A stretch of DNA of 64,000 nucleotides from Candidatus Uhrbacteria bacterium (GCA_016188475.1 JACPHT010000007.1:80467-144466), one strand, 5' to 3'; counted from the stretch's first letter, positions 1 to 10,518 are shown. Notes: generated from the sequence alone by a model not told the origin. Numbers and translations: made by a program.

Positions 1-31
1 TTTAAAGAGTAAAGTAAAAAGACTTCCTCTC

Positions 32-114
32 GTCATTGCGAGTCAGGCCTAAAGGCCTGACGAAGCAATCTCTGTCTTAACAGATTGCTTCGTCGTCCGA
101 CTCCTCGCAATGAC
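32..114. repeat. Palindromic element GTCATTGCGAG...CTCGCAATGAC (copy 1)
   Basis: Terminal inverted repeats plus internal gaagcaatct/agattgcttc stem; related copy at 10519-10715. Confidence 0.8.
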
Positions 115-125
115 AAAAAAAATTT

Positions 126-1862
126 ATGGATATTCATAATGAAATCAAAAAAGGAATTGCGTGCGATTCTGTTAACAAACCGCATTCGGCAGTTGGCCGA
201 GCGGTTTGTATTTCAGTCCATCCTGGTAAAATGTTCCTGTTGCCTTTCTTGCATTGGTTCAACACGAGATATAAAGGACGTTACAAATTTGCGCGTCTTG
301 TTTTTTTACTAGATTTATTCTTGATCGGAATCGCTGTCGCGCTCGCGATTGTCTCAATTATAGGATTTTTATTTGTTCCAAAAAGTTTTGAAGATGGAAT
401 TGTATTTGAATCATCTGTCGCGCCAACAGAAGTTGTTTCTGGTTCACCTTCAACACTTATAATTCGATATACAAACAAAACAAAAGAAGAACTTCGAAAT
501 GCGAAAGTTGAAATTAAATATCCAAAATATTTCCTCTTGCAAGAAACTTCTCCGGAAGAAATTGGCATAATTCCAATCGGTGGATCAGGAACAATTCATA
601 TAAAAGGGACAATGTTTGGAGATGTTGGAGGTGAACAAACTTTTCAAACACGTTTGTCATTTGTTCATGGAGAAAAATTTGATGTGTTTGGAGAGAAAAC
701 CGACACTTACGTCTTTTCGCCTTCAAGTTCCGCGCTTTCACTTTCACTTGAATTGCCAGACAAAATGGTCGCTTATCAACCAATTGAAGGAATCATTCAC
801 TACAAAAATACAAGCGAAATTAATTTTCCAAAAATCAGCATTAAACCAATTTGGCCAAAAGAATTTATTTTCACAAAAGGACAATTCGAGGTGCCGACAG
901 TAAAAAGTGGTGAAAAAGGAGAGGTAAAATTCGAAGGGATTTTACAAAACCCTCAAGACGAAATAACTTTTATTTTTGAACCATCATTCACTTTTGGAAA
1001 AGACAAATATAAACAAGAAACACTACAACATACAGCGCCAATTATTCCGCTTCCTTTGACTTTGAATCATAGTGTTGAAAAACAAACCGTTCGTCCTGGA
1101 GAAGATATAAAATTTACAATTCAATACGAAAACATTTCCGATGTGGAACTTTCAAATGTTTCTTTCACAATGGACGCGCAAAGTCCGTTTGTGAAAAAAT
1201 CTTCTGTTGTTTCACGCGAAAAAATCGCTCCAAAAGAAACCGGGACTGTTGAGATAACTACAACACTCCGAAAAACAATCGCTCAAAGCGAAACAAGTGT
1301 TTATGAAAATTTGAAAATACCAAGCCGACCAACAGCGACTTATACAATAAAAGAAGATGTGGAATCGACCGTGACGTCAAAAGGCGCGACAATCGAGTCT
1401 CAACTTACAACTCCGATAATTTTCGATTCTTTTGCTCGCTACACAACTGCAACCGGTGACCAAATCGGACGTGGACCAATTCCGCCACAATCCGGCAAAG
1501 AAACAACGTATTGGATTTTCTGGCATGTAAGCGGAACAACAAACGAACTTTCAAACGTCGAAATCACTGGAATATTGCCAGCAAATGTTAGATTTACAGG
1601 ACGACAAACAGTGTCCCAAAACAAAGGTGTTGAATACGATCCAAACACAAGAGAAATTAGCTGGAAATCAGATTCTGTTATGCCAACACTCTCCCCAACA
1701 AGCAAAATCGTGGGCATTGCTTTTGAACTCGGTGTAACGCCGACTGTGGATAATTTAACCCATGAATTATTGGGCCAAATTCAGCTAAATGCCACAGACG
1801 GATGGACTGGAGCTATAATAAACACTTCAAAACCTGATATTTCAGCTCTTTTAACAAAATAA
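126..1862 (+). CDS. Membrane-anchored protein with repeated Ig-like/DUF11-like beta domains
   Basis: 578-aa ORF, one N-terminal TM helix, repeated 'I.Y.N.s...l.n' motifs. Confidence 0.65.
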   Translation: MDIHNEIKKGIACDSVNKPHSAVGRAVCISVHPGKMFLLPFLHWFNTRYKGRYKFARLVFLLDLFLIGIAVALAIVSIIGFLFVPKSFEDGIVFESSVAPTEVVSGSPSTLIIRYTNKTKEELRNAKVEIKYPKYFLLQETSPEEIGIIPIGGSGTIHIKGTMFGDVGGEQTFQTRLSFVHGEKFDVFGEKTDTYVFSPSSSALSLSLELPDKMVAYQPIEGIIHYKNTSEINFPKISIKPIWPKEFIFTKGQFEVPTVKSGEKGEVKFEGILQNPQDEITFIFEPSFTFGKDKYKQETLQHTAPIIPLPLTLNHSVEKQTVRPGEDIKFTIQYENISDVELSNVSFTMDAQSPFVKKSSVVSREKIAPKETGTVEITTTLRKTIAQSETSVYENLKIPSRPTATYTIKEDVESTVTSKGATIESQLTTPIIFDSFARYTTATGDQIGRGPIPPQSGKETTYWIFWHVSGTTNELSNVEITGILPANVRFTGRQTVSQNKGVEYDPNTREISWKSDSVMPTLSPTSKIVGIAFELGVTPTVDNLTHELLGQIQLNATDGWTGAIINTSKPDISALLTK

Positions 1863-1899
1863 AACATAAAGGGTATCCAAATAACAGGCTTTTCTGTCA

Positions 1900-1920
1900 T
1901 CTCGCTACCAGGTAGCGAGA
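1900..1920. repeat. 21-bp palindrome TCTCGCTACCWGGTAGCGAGA (copy 1 of 4)
   Basis: Other copies at 12414-12434, 12537-12557, 31873-31893. Confidence 0.9.
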
Positions 1921-1976
1921 TGAGGCCATTGACAAAAAGCCTGTTTTTTGTTATCGTTTTGGGTCAATTTGAAGGG

Positions 1977-2052
1977 TGGCCGTTAGCTGTTAGCCGCTAG
2001 CCGTTAGTGCGGAATACTCGTTTCCAGAGCTAAAGGCTAAGGGCTAAGAGCT
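1977..2052. repeat. Inverted heptamer arrays (ccgttag-like / gggctaa-like)
   Basis: About 4 degenerate 7-mers followed by about 4 roughly complementary 7-mers. Confidence 0.7.
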
Positions 2053-2065
2053 ATATTTTCCCAGT

Positions 2066-3220
2066 ATGAAAATCGCAATGATTGGACAAAAAGGCATCCC
2101 GGCTCGGGCTGGTGGAATTGAGCGTCACGTTGAAGAGCTCTCCGCTGAACTTGCCGCGCGCGGACATGAAGTCCTCGTATTTTGTCGTTCGTGGTATGTC
2201 TGGCCAATTCGAAATCATCGCGGAGTTCGATGTATAAAAGCGCCAACAATTTCCACAAAACACTTGGACGCGATTGTTCACACATTTTTTTCTATTATCA
2301 AAGCCGCGCGTGAAAAGGTTGATATTTTTCATATCCACGGAGTTGGTCCATCTATTCTCTGTTGGCTTCCAAAACTTCTTCGTCCATCAGCGAGTGTGAT
2401 TGTAACTTTTCACAGTATTGACCGCCACAATGAAAAATGGGGATGGTTCGCGCGACAAATGCTTTCACTTGGTGAACGCATGGCTGTCACATTTCCAGAT
2501 GCAACAATCGCTGTTTCTAAAACCCTTGAAGCATATTGCAGAATGTCTCATGGCATTAATGCAAAGTATATTCCAAACGGCGCGCAGATTCCGCAAGCAG
2601 ACGCTGACTCAACAATTGTCACGGCTTTCGGTTTGGAACCAGGAAAATATCTGATGATGTGTTCACGCTTGATTCGTCTGAAAGCCGCGCACACGCTTAT
2701 GGACGCGTGGAAACAACTTCGTTCAGAACGTCCTGATCTCACATCAAATTTCAAACTTGCGATTGTCGGCGGGAGCGCGCGAACTGATGATTATGTCAGA
2801 TCGCTTTGTAACATGGCGCGAACTGATAATTCGATTGTTATGACAGGAACACAAACAGGTTCAACACTGCACGCGCTATTTCTCAATAGCTACGCTTGTG
2901 TGCACCCTTCTGAAGTTGAAGGGCTTCCAATCGCGGTGCTTGAAGGAATGAGCTATGGAAAATGCGTTCTTGGTTCTGATATTCCAGGAAACATGGAACT
3001 TCTTGAACAACATGGATTGACATTTATTCGAGGAAACGTTCAAAATCTAAAAACAAAAATTGTGTATATGCTCGAGCATCCGGAAGAAATCCGAGGGATC
3101 GGAAAACTTTCTCGAGAACACATTGCTAAACACTATGATTGGAAAGATATCGCTGAAACAACTGAATATCTATACGAACTTGTCCAACTTGAACCGGAAT
3201 TGAAAAACGCGAAAGCATAA
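2066..3220 (+). CDS. Glycosyltransferase family 4
   Basis: MKIAMIGQKGIPARAGGIERHV N-terminus; EGLPIAVLE (EX7E) motif. Confidence 0.93.
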   Translation: MKIAMIGQKGIPARAGGIERHVEELSAELAARGHEVLVFCRSWYVWPIRNHRGVRCIKAPTISTKHLDAIVHTFFSIIKAAREKVDIFHIHGVGPSILCWLPKLLRPSASVIVTFHSIDRHNEKWGWFARQMLSLGERMAVTFPDATIAVSKTLEAYCRMSHGINAKYIPNGAQIPQADADSTIVTAFGLEPGKYLMMCSRLIRLKAAHTLMDAWKQLRSERPDLTSNFKLAIVGGSARTDDYVRSLCNMARTDNSIVMTGTQTGSTLHALFLNSYACVHPSEVEGLPIAVLEGMSYGKCVLGSDIPGNMELLEQHGLTFIRGNVQNLKTKIVYMLEHPEEIRGIGKLSREHIAKHYDWKDIAETTEYLYELVQLEPELKNAKA

Positions 3221-3254
3221 AAACTCCTGCTGAAAAAGCGGGAGTTTTTGTTTT
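3214..3254 (+). terminator. Intrinsic terminator, copy 1 of a 41-bp direct repeat
   Basis: aaaaactcctgct-gaaaa-agcgggagttttt; identical to 3531-3571. Confidence 0.85.
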
Positions 3255-3291
3255 CTTTACAAAGAAATAAATTGATTTATAATGTCTTTGT

Positions 3292-3537
3292 ATGAATGAT
3301 GTAACAACAAATGAAGTTATTGATTTCCTAAAGGAACATATGATGATGAAGGAGGAAGTCGAAACAATAATTGAAGAAAAGTTGCAGGCAACGGAATCGC
3401 GAATACTTTCTTCTGTTGATCGTTTTGCTAAACTACACGAAACACTTGATCAAGAATTGGTGATGATGAGAAGTCAATATAATCGGCTTGAAGAACACCT
3501 TGAAATCGTGGAACAAAAACTCGGTATCCCAGCATAA
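3292..3537 (+). CDS. Small coiled-coil hypothetical protein
   Basis: 81-aa ORF, TATAAT 8 nt upstream, terminator downstream, 'RLEEHLEIVEQKLGI' end. Confidence 0.75.
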   Translation: MNDVTTNEVIDFLKEHMMMKEEVETIIEEKLQATESRILSSVDRFAKLHETLDQELVMMRSQYNRLEEHLEIVEQKLGIPA

Positions 3538-3571
3538 AAACTCCTGCTGAAAAAGCGGGAGTTTTTGTTTT
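3531..3571 (+). terminator. Intrinsic terminator, copy 2 of the 41-bp direct repeat
   Basis: Identical to 3214-3254. Confidence 0.85.
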
Positions 3572-3586
3572 GCTATGAATTACGAA

Positions 3587-3760
3587 ACGTCGTTATTCCC
3601 TGAGCTTGTCGAAGGGAGTCGAGGAGGAGTAAAGAAGCCAACCGCTTGGCTTCGTACCTCTAAGACGGGTTGGACGATGTCTGGCTGAAAGCCAGACCGT
3701 ACAACGCCAACGACGAAAAGCTTAAAATTTATTCCTTCGACAGGCTCAGGAGATAAATTT
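3587..3760. mobile_element. MITE/REPIN-like element: inverted pair of CCTTCGACARGCTCAGG repeats with about 100-bp cargo (copy 1)
   Basis: Near-identical copy at 26286-26460; cargo-free versions at 8769-8850 and 58046-58137. Confidence 0.75.
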
Positions 3761-3774
3761 TTTAATTTCGTAGT

Positions 3775-4992
3775 TCACAGCCACTTTACTACTTCCCTAT
3801 AAATCCCCATCAGTCGACGGTAATGTTCGTCCAACCTAAATTTTTGTTCAACAGTTTGCCGTGCGGCGCACGACATTTGTTTTTGCAAATTCGAATCGTG
3901 AAACAATCTAATCACTGCTTCAGCCCAGCCATGCAAATGAGTCGGCTGAACTAAAAATCCGTTCACTCGATCTTCAACAATTTCCGAAACTCCTCCAACA
4001 TCGCTTGCGATAACTGGCTTGCCATATGACATAGCCTCAAGCGCAACAAGCGGAAATACTTCGTGCATTCGTGAAGGAATCAAAACAGCACATGCCTTTT
4101 CATAAATCTGACGTAACTCGTCTCCAGTTCTAAATCCCAAAAAGTGAACATTGGGAGCGTCGAGCGCCAAATTGTGAAGATATTCCATTTGCGGACCGCG
4201 ACCTACGATATTGAATGAAATGTCAGGAAGCAACTTCGCAATATGAATGATCGTATCTATTCCCTTTTCTTCACTTAACCGCCCAACAAAAAGAAACGAA
4301 CCATCGTGTGCAAAAACTGGTTGTACTCTGCTCGCATCAATGCCGTAGTGATTCACGCGTATTTTCTCGCTTGAAAATCCTCTAAGTATCATCTGACGTT
4401 TAATATAAGCAGATGGAGCAATAAAAATTGCCACGTGTTTTTCGTAGATTCGCAACAAACGATGAAACTTATACACCGCCGTTTGCGCGAATGAAGCCAA
4501 CATTGAATTTTTGTGAAAACGCGAAAACGTACCGCGCACAATTCCAACATTTCTAAAATCTTTTCCGCAACCTTCAGCCCAAATTCCGTATTGAGGTGAA
4601 ATCAAATGATGATCGTGCACTGTCATAACAACTGGAATTTTTTGATCTGAAAGCGTGTGTAAAATTGACGGAGAAATTTGGGTATAGATGTTGTGAATAT
4701 GACAAAGATCTGGTTTTTCATTTGCAATAAGTTCTGCTAGTTTTCGTCGAGCTGAAAGCGAATAAAACATGTGGCCAAAAGTGTGAAGACCATTCAAGTC
4801 CAATGTCACGTTTTCAGTTTGCACTTCAGATGGGAAATATTTCTCAAACGGAGTTTCGATATTTTCCGGATACTTCATAGCAAACGGGATCACCGTATGT
4901 CCTTGTTCTTCAAGCCAACTCGAAAGAGAGAGCATGTAAATTTCAGCTCCTCCGCGAGGATAATAAAATTTGTTGGCTTGGATAATTTTCAT
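3775..4992 (-). CDS. Glycosyltransferase family 4
   Basis: NKFYYPRGGAE, FVGRLSEEKG, EVFPLVALE motifs. Confidence 0.93.
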   Translation of the reverse strand: MKIIQANKFYYPRGGAEIYMLSLSSWLEEQGHTVIPFAMKYPENIETPFEKYFPSEVQTENVTLDLNGLHTFGHMFYSLSARRKLAELIANEKPDLCHIHNIYTQISPSILHTLSDQKIPVVMTVHDHHLISPQYGIWAEGCGKDFRNVGIVRGTFSRFHKNSMLASFAQTAVYKFHRLLRIYEKHVAIFIAPSAYIKRQMILRGFSSEKIRVNHYGIDASRVQPVFAHDGSFLFVGRLSEEKGIDTIIHIAKLLPDISFNIVGRGPQMEYLHNLALDAPNVHFLGFRTGDELRQIYEKACAVLIPSRMHEVFPLVALEAMSYGKPVIASDVGGVSEIVEDRVNGFLVQPTHLHGWAEAVIRLFHDSNLQKQMSCAARQTVEQKFRLDEHYRRLMGIYREVVKWL

Positions 4993-4998
4993 ATTCTG

Positions 4999-5021
4999 CC
5001 ACGGCTAAAGCCGTAGGCTAC
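4999..5021 (-). repeat. GTAG-type REP-like hairpin overlapping the stop codon of the ligase gene
   Basis: Minus strand GTAGCCTACGGCTTTAGCCGTGG; relative at 60707-60730. Confidence 0.6.
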
Positions 5022-6537
5022 TACTCTTAAAGCTATAAACTATTCCGCCGTAAAGCCACAAATAAAATGCCAAAGTTCGAATCTCAAAAATCGTGGAAGT
5101 AAACGCGTTAAACGCAACTCCAAGCATTATCGCGGCAAAACCGATTGCCAAGCCTTTCACATATTCATCGTTTGACGTGCGATAAATCAAAAGCGCTTTG
5201 CGAAATAACGCGATGTAAAGCCAAAGATAAAATACGATCCCAAGTGTGCCAGCCTCTCCCCAGAGTGAAAACCAGTTGTTGTCAATAAATCCTCCTGTTC
5301 CATAAACACCAAACGGGAGTCCAAGCTGATCATAAACACTTGTATTGTGAAGCGCGGCAACTGCCCCTCCTCCAAACTGCCCTGGTCCCCAGCCTAAAAT
5401 TGGTGAAGTAGCAACAACCGATGTTGGTGTATGAACATACCAAAACACTCTGCCTAATCCGTAGTATTCTCCTCTCCAGCGAGAATAACTAAACACTTCA
5501 AAAAATCTTTCTGGAAGTGTTTGACCAGGAACATCCGCAAGAAAACCGACTGTAAGCCCAGAAGCGGCAAGATAGCCAAGCACAATAAATATCGAAGCCA
5601 AAAGTCCTGCGAGAACTTTTTTGTCTCTCTTGATTATCAAACCAATAAACAAAAATCCGATTAAAAACGCAAACCATGACGAGCGCGAATAAGTCATGAC
5701 AAGAGCTGGAATACCAAGCGCGAACACCCACCAAACAATCGGTGGAATTTTGTTTGCGCGTTTGGTCATTGTGAAAAAAAATCCACTCGCGAGAATCAAA
5801 AAGAAATACAAATAATTTCCAAGACGATCATAACGCCCAAGCGTTGAAAACACGCGCGAGCCAGGATCCCAAAATTGTTCAACACCTTCTGTCAAAGTAA
5901 TCTCACCAAATGTTTTGCTGTCAGACGGCAGTAAAAGTTGATCAAGTGTTTCGCCTGCGAAAGATTGAACAATGCCAAGCGCTGATTGAAACAAAACGAT
6001 CGCAAACAAAACGATCGTCAATTTTTTTACGAACGATTTTGATGGCTGTAAATATACGACAAGAAAAAACACAAGCATGAAGCGAAGAATCTGACGAAGA
6101 CCAAGAAACGCGATCGGTAAAGGAACAAAATGAATCGCTGCCGCGGCAATGAGTGACAAAACAAATAAAATGAACGGTGCGTCAAGTGTTGTTTTTTTTA
6201 TGTGAATTTCACCGCGTAAAATTTTTATTAAAACAACAAACGCGACAAGATAAATCAAACCCTCGGAAAAATATCGCGCGAAAACGTAAATGTTGTCTGG
6301 AATGAATTTGAGAATGAAAGATTCAAACGGAAGATACGCGGCCAAAAACCCAAGTGTGAATAAAGGACGAACAAAAGTTACAATCACGACAATAATTAAA
6401 AATAAAAATGCGATAGCAAAAGAAGCGGAAAAAAAAGTTTGGATCAAAAGAAAAAAAGCAAGCAAACAAAACAAAGCGATTACTGCGCGTCTAGTTTGTT
6501 CTTCAGACTTAAAATAAATAGTTCGAAGGTTGAGCAT
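5005..6537 (-). CDS. O-antigen ligase/polymerase (Wzy_C) family membrane protein
   Basis: Many TM helices; RVFSTLG, TYSRSSW, PILGWGPG, DNNW..LWGE.G.LG motifs; next to GT4 genes. Confidence 0.88.
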   Translation of the reverse strand: MLNLRTIYFKSEEQTRRAVIALFCLLAFFLLIQTFFSASFAIAFLFLIIVVIVTFVRPLFTLGFLAAYLPFESFILKFIPDNIYVFARYFSEGLIYLVAFVVLIKILRGEIHIKKTTLDAPFILFVLSLIAAAAIHFVPLPIAFLGLRQILRFMLVFFLVVYLQPSKSFVKKLTIVLFAIVLFQSALGIVQSFAGETLDQLLLPSDSKTFGEITLTEGVEQFWDPGSRVFSTLGRYDRLGNYLYFFLILASGFFFTMTKRANKIPPIVWWVFALGIPALVMTYSRSSWFAFLIGFLFIGLIIKRDKKVLAGLLASIFIVLGYLAASGLTVGFLADVPGQTLPERFFEVFSYSRWRGEYYGLGRVFWYVHTPTSVVATSPILGWGPGQFGGGAVAALHNTSVYDQLGLPFGVYGTGGFIDNNWFSLWGEAGTLGIVFYLWLYIALFRKALLIYRTSNDEYVKGLAIGFAAIMLGVAFNAFTSTIFEIRTLAFYLWLYGGIVYSFKSSSLRL

Positions 6538-6603
6538 GATAATAGTATAACAAAAATCCGGCTGTTCAGCAGTTCGCTGATACAGCCGGTGAGTTGATAG
6601 TCG

Positions 6604-8679
6604 CTACGGAGCGACACAGACGAACTTGACAGTCACAGTCTGGGACGTCTTCGCGTCGAGCGAAATGAAGTCTTCGCCGACCACGCCGCCAGAGACTGAT
6701 GCAGTTCCGTATGCGGCACACGTGCCGTCGAGTCCTGCCGCTTCGTTGTATGCAGTCACCTTTGACGTGCCGTCGACCGGTTCGCATGAAGTGTGTAGGC
6801 GCGCCGCAATCGTTCCGGTCCCGCTTGTCAGAATCTGGAGCGAGAACTTCGTTCCAGCCGCCGCGTCAGGCACGACCACGACTTCCGAACCCGAGAACGT
6901 TGTCTTGAGAGTTTTCGCGCCAGTGTTCGTCCAGCACTGATACGAGTCGATCGAGTTGGCCGCGTTGGGTTCCGTTGCCATGTCGATCTCTGTCTCGACA
7001 CCGCACGGAATTTTAAGCGCGTTCGCGCACGAGTCGCAGGCCGGAGTAACTCCGTCCGCGAGGAACTCTGTGTCGCCGTCGCAGTTGTCATCGTACGGCG
7101 TTATACAGACTTCCTCGACGTCAGGATTAACCTCAGAGTTGTCGTCATCGCAATCGCCGTACGCGCACGCGGCTCCATCTCCGTAGAACATGTCCGTGTC
7201 GCAGTATCCATCAGCGTCGTCGTCGCATCCCTCGTCGGTTTCCCCGTTGCAGTCGTTGTCGACTCCATCGCAGACTTCGAGCCCTTCAGGACTGATGCTG
7301 GCGTTTGCATCATTGCAATCGCCTTCATCGCACGCGGCGCCTGAACCTACGTTCAGATTGTCGTCGCAGTATCCATCAGCGTCGTCGTCGCATCCCTCGT
7401 CAGTCACACCATCGCAAGTGTCGTCCTTGCCATTGCAGACTTCGGAGTTGAGCTTCTTCGTGAGGTCTTCCTCTGCCGAGCAAACAGCAGACGACCCGTC
7501 AGCGGAGCAAGTGTTATAAGTCCCAGAGACCTTACAGACCCCCACTCCGTCCGAACATGCGTCGCCGAGGCCGAAGCCCTCGTCCACCTCGCCGTCGCAG
7601 TCGTTGTCCACATAGTCGCACATCTCCACTGCGTCCGGAGAAATATCCGAGTTCGTGTCATCGCAGTCACTTGCTGTGCACGTCGCGCCAGCTCCAACGG
7701 TCATAGTGCTGTCGCACCAGCCGTCGAGATCGTCGTCGCAGTCTTCGTCGATCGCGCCGTCGCAGTCGTTGTCGACTCCGTCACAGATTTCCGTGACATT
7801 CATGCCGACTTCGTCGCACTCGACTCCGAGCCCGTCAGCAGTGCACACGACAACGCCGTTTTCGCAGAAGTCCGCGTCAACGTCGTCGCAGGCAGATCCG
7901 AGCGTCGGAAAGTCTTCGTCAGCCGCTCCGTCGCAGTCATCGTCCGCGCCATTGCATGTTTCAGCTATGTTCTCGACGCTTTCATTCAAGCACTCTGTCT
8001 CGAGCTGGGAATCGGAGCACGTGAGCGTTCCGTTCTCGCACGAATCCGAATCTGCTCCATCGCACGCGACGCCCAGATCGAACGTCTCGTCAGTGTCGCC
8101 GTCGCAGTCGTTGTCCATGTCGTCGCACAACTCTGTCGACGCCTTTGTCATGTCCGCTTCGGCCGTGCATAGACAGGAATTAAATTTGCAATAGTTGACT
8201 CCCTTGTCTTCGCATGGTGTACCTTCCATGACGGTGCAATCAGCGTAGGCAAAGAAGCAAATTCCTCCCAGATCGGACTTATCGCTCGCTTCTGTAGTGA
8301 TACACGTCGGATCGAGATTGTCATTATCTGGATTCACAGCGTCGCACTCTTCGTCATTGGCACACTGAACGTATGCGCACGCCTTGATCGCATCCTCGCC
8401 GAGCTCCGGGTAGGTACATCCATCGTCCGACTCGTAGTAGTGGCAGAATCCATCGGGGTCGCAGATGAGGCGTTGACCAGGACCATACGCATTGCACGTA
8501 GGATCGTCCGGACCAGTGCATTCCTGCGGATCGCCGGTTTCCGGATCTATCTTGAGGGCGCTGTTGCTCGCTGAGAGTCCGGTGGATCCGGAACCTCCCG
8601 TGTTGGAATTGCTGGAATCGCATCCTGCCAAAGCCGAGATGCACCCTAGAACGAACAGGAACAAGAACAGGTTTCTCAT
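6604..8679 (-). CDS. Putative lipoprotein with many Asp/Cys MopE-related metal-binding repeats
   Basis: Lipobox LAGC, SD gaggag, repeated E.C(D/N)G.D(N/D)DCDG..DE units. Confidence 0.85.
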   Translation of the reverse strand: MRNLFLFLFVLGCISALAGCDSSNSNTGGSGSTGLSASNSALKIDPETGDPQECTGPDDPTCNAYGPGQRLICDPDGFCHYYESDDGCTYPELGEDAIKACAYVQCANDEECDAVNPDNDNLDPTCITTEASDKSDLGGICFFAYADCTVMEGTPCEDKGVNYCKFNSCLCTAEADMTKASTELCDDMDNDCDGDTDETFDLGVACDGADSDSCENGTLTCSDSQLETECLNESVENIAETCNGADDDCDGAADEDFPTLGSACDDVDADFCENGVVVCTADGLGVECDEVGMNVTEICDGVDNDCDGAIDEDCDDDLDGWCDSTMTVGAGATCTASDCDDTNSDISPDAVEMCDYVDNDCDGEVDEGFGLGDACSDGVGVCKVSGTYNTCSADGSSAVCSAEEDLTKKLNSEVCNGKDDTCDGVTDEGCDDDADGYCDDNLNVGSGAACDEGDCNDANASISPEGLEVCDGVDNDCNGETDEGCDDDADGYCDTDMFYGDGAACAYGDCDDDNSEVNPDVEEVCITPYDDNCDGDTEFLADGVTPACDSCANALKIPCGVETEIDMATEPNAANSIDSYQCWTNTGAKTLKTTFSGSEVVVVPDAAAGTKFSLQILTSGTGTIAARLHTSCEPVDGTSKVTAYNEAAGLDGTCAAYGTASVSGGVVGEDFISLDAKTSQTVTVKFVCVAP

Positions 8680-8768
8680 CGCTCACTCCTCTTTGAAGAA
8701 CTATGCGGAAACCACGGCCGCACACCGCTCGGAGAGACTGATCAACCCCGACAATAATTCGTATTAAT

Positions 8769-8850
8769 ATCGTTATTCCCTGAGCCTGTCGAAGGGATAA
8801 CGACTATACTTATTAAATTTATTCCTTCGACAGGCTCAGGAAATAAATTT
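8769..8850. repeat. REP doublet (CCTGAGCCTGTCGAAGG / CCTTCGACAGGCTCAGG)
   Basis: Two inverted core repeats, each with self-complementary flanks. Confidence 0.85.
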
Positions 8851-8971
8851 CACAGTATCTTTAGAAGGAAAATACGTTCTATTGCCGAAATTGTTCGTCT
8901 CAAAAAAATGGGACGGGCGCGAGAGAGGAAGTTAGCACATCCCCCGCGCCTCGTCCAGAGAAAGAAAGAAC

Positions 8972-10366
8972 CTACTGGCAGATCTCGAAATCCTCCAAGA
9001 AAAAGAGAAAATCGAGGCCAGGAACCAGCACTGTCACATCGCCGGGAGTTCCGCTGACTTCATCGCCGGTCAGATCGTCAATCACTGTCGTGTACTGACC
9101 TCCGACCCAGAACGTAAACGGATTGCCGTCCTCCACAACGTAGCTGTTTGTGTGAAGAACACCGCCGTTCTCGAGTTCGGCGCAGAGGTTCTTTGCCGTG
9201 ATGAAGAGATTGTTCTGATTGAAGAAGATACCTCCGTAACCGTCGTCTGTTTCGTAAAAGCCGGCCACTCCGCACTCGAATCCATCTTCTGCAGGAAATT
9301 CCTTTGGAAGAAAACACTCGAGTTCGATAGTTACGTCGGTATAGACGCAACCGTCTTCACCTTCGCACACTTCGGTCGTGAGCTTATCGTTGTCGTCGCA
9401 GAGATTCTTTCCAGGCCCGACTTCGTCGATCTTGCCGTCGCAATCGTTGTCTTCTCCGTCGCAGATTTCTCCGCCATCCGGATAAGAGTGGCTTTCCGCG
9501 TCGTCGCAGTCTGTCTTGTCTAGCACATAACCATTCTCGACAGAACAGCCAAGCTTTGACTCAAGCGGATCGCCGAACCCATCACCATCAGCGTCGAGAT
9601 AGAATGCGATCTTGACCCCCTCGTCTGTCAGTCCGTCGCAGTCGTTGTCAGCTTTGTCACAGACTTCAATCGCATCCGGATAGCTTGACGAGTCGTCGTC
9701 ATCGCAGTCGCTCGCGTTTCCGACGTAATCATTCGGCTGATCGCAAGCGGACAGTGCGACTTCTTCGTCACCGAATCCGTCGCTGTCCTCGTCGACGTAC
9801 CACGACTTCTGCGTCGTGTCGTCGAGCGACGTGTCTTCGTCGTCGATGTCTTCGTCGCAATCGTTGTCCAAGCCGTCGCAGACTTCGGTCGCGCTCGGAT
9901 TGACGTCCTTGTTCGAGTCGTCGCAGTCTCCGCCAACAGCGACAAGAAAGTTCGCGCCATCACATCCGTCAACGATCGACTGATCAGAGTCTCCGAATCC
10001 GTCATTGTCAGAATCGAGATACCAGACACTGCCCGTTGATTCGTCAACCACTCCGTTGCAGTTCTGATCCACATTGTCGCAGACCTCTGTTGCGTTCGGG
10101 TGAATAGCCGAAACATTGTCGTTGCAGTCCTGCATGAGCTCGTTTTCCGCATTGCCGCAGAACCCGTCGTTGTCCTGATCTTCACACACGAAAACCGGAG
10201 GACTTGAGGTGTCAGGCTCTGGCAGAGCCGAGTCAACACCCGGCTGTGGCGATTCGATGGCGTCCTGGCCGGAATATTCCGCTTCCAGGTTGCCGAATGG
10301 ATTGCTATCGCAACTGGCCGAGGCCAGTGCGAGAGCGACAAGAGCAGAACCGAGCATCTTGCACAT
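8972..10366 (-). CDS. Putative lipoprotein with MopE-related repeats
   Basis: Start moved to ATG 10366 after SD aggagagg; ASASC lipobox-like; WY.D.D.DGFGD and DCDD...P.A.EVCD repeats. Confidence 0.83.
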   Translation of the reverse strand: MCKMLGSALVALALASASCDSNPFGNLEAEYSGQDAIESPQPGVDSALPEPDTSSPPVFVCEDQDNDGFCGNAENELMQDCNDNVSAIHPNATEVCDNVDQNCNGVVDESTGSVWYLDSDNDGFGDSDQSIVDGCDGANFLVAVGGDCDDSNKDVNPSATEVCDGLDNDCDEDIDDEDTSLDDTTQKSWYVDEDSDGFGDEEVALSACDQPNDYVGNASDCDDDDSSSYPDAIEVCDKADNDCDGLTDEGVKIAFYLDADGDGFGDPLESKLGCSVENGYVLDKTDCDDAESHSYPDGGEICDGEDNDCDGKIDEVGPGKNLCDDNDKLTTEVCEGEDGCVYTDVTIELECFLPKEFPAEDGFECGVAGFYETDDGYGGIFFNQNNLFITAKNLCAELENGGVLHTNSYVVEDGNPFTFWVGGQYTTVIDDLTGDEVSGTPGDVTVLVPGLDFLFFLEDFEICQ

Positions 10367-10518
10367 TGACCTCTCCTTGTTGTGCAGACCACACATCATG
10401 GCCTGATTTCAAGCTGTTTTCCAATAAAAATAGCCTAAAACCATTCCACGATGAACGCATATGTTTATCATTTTGTTGGAAATATGTCAATAGCGTGTAG
10501 AAAAAACATCCAATTTCA

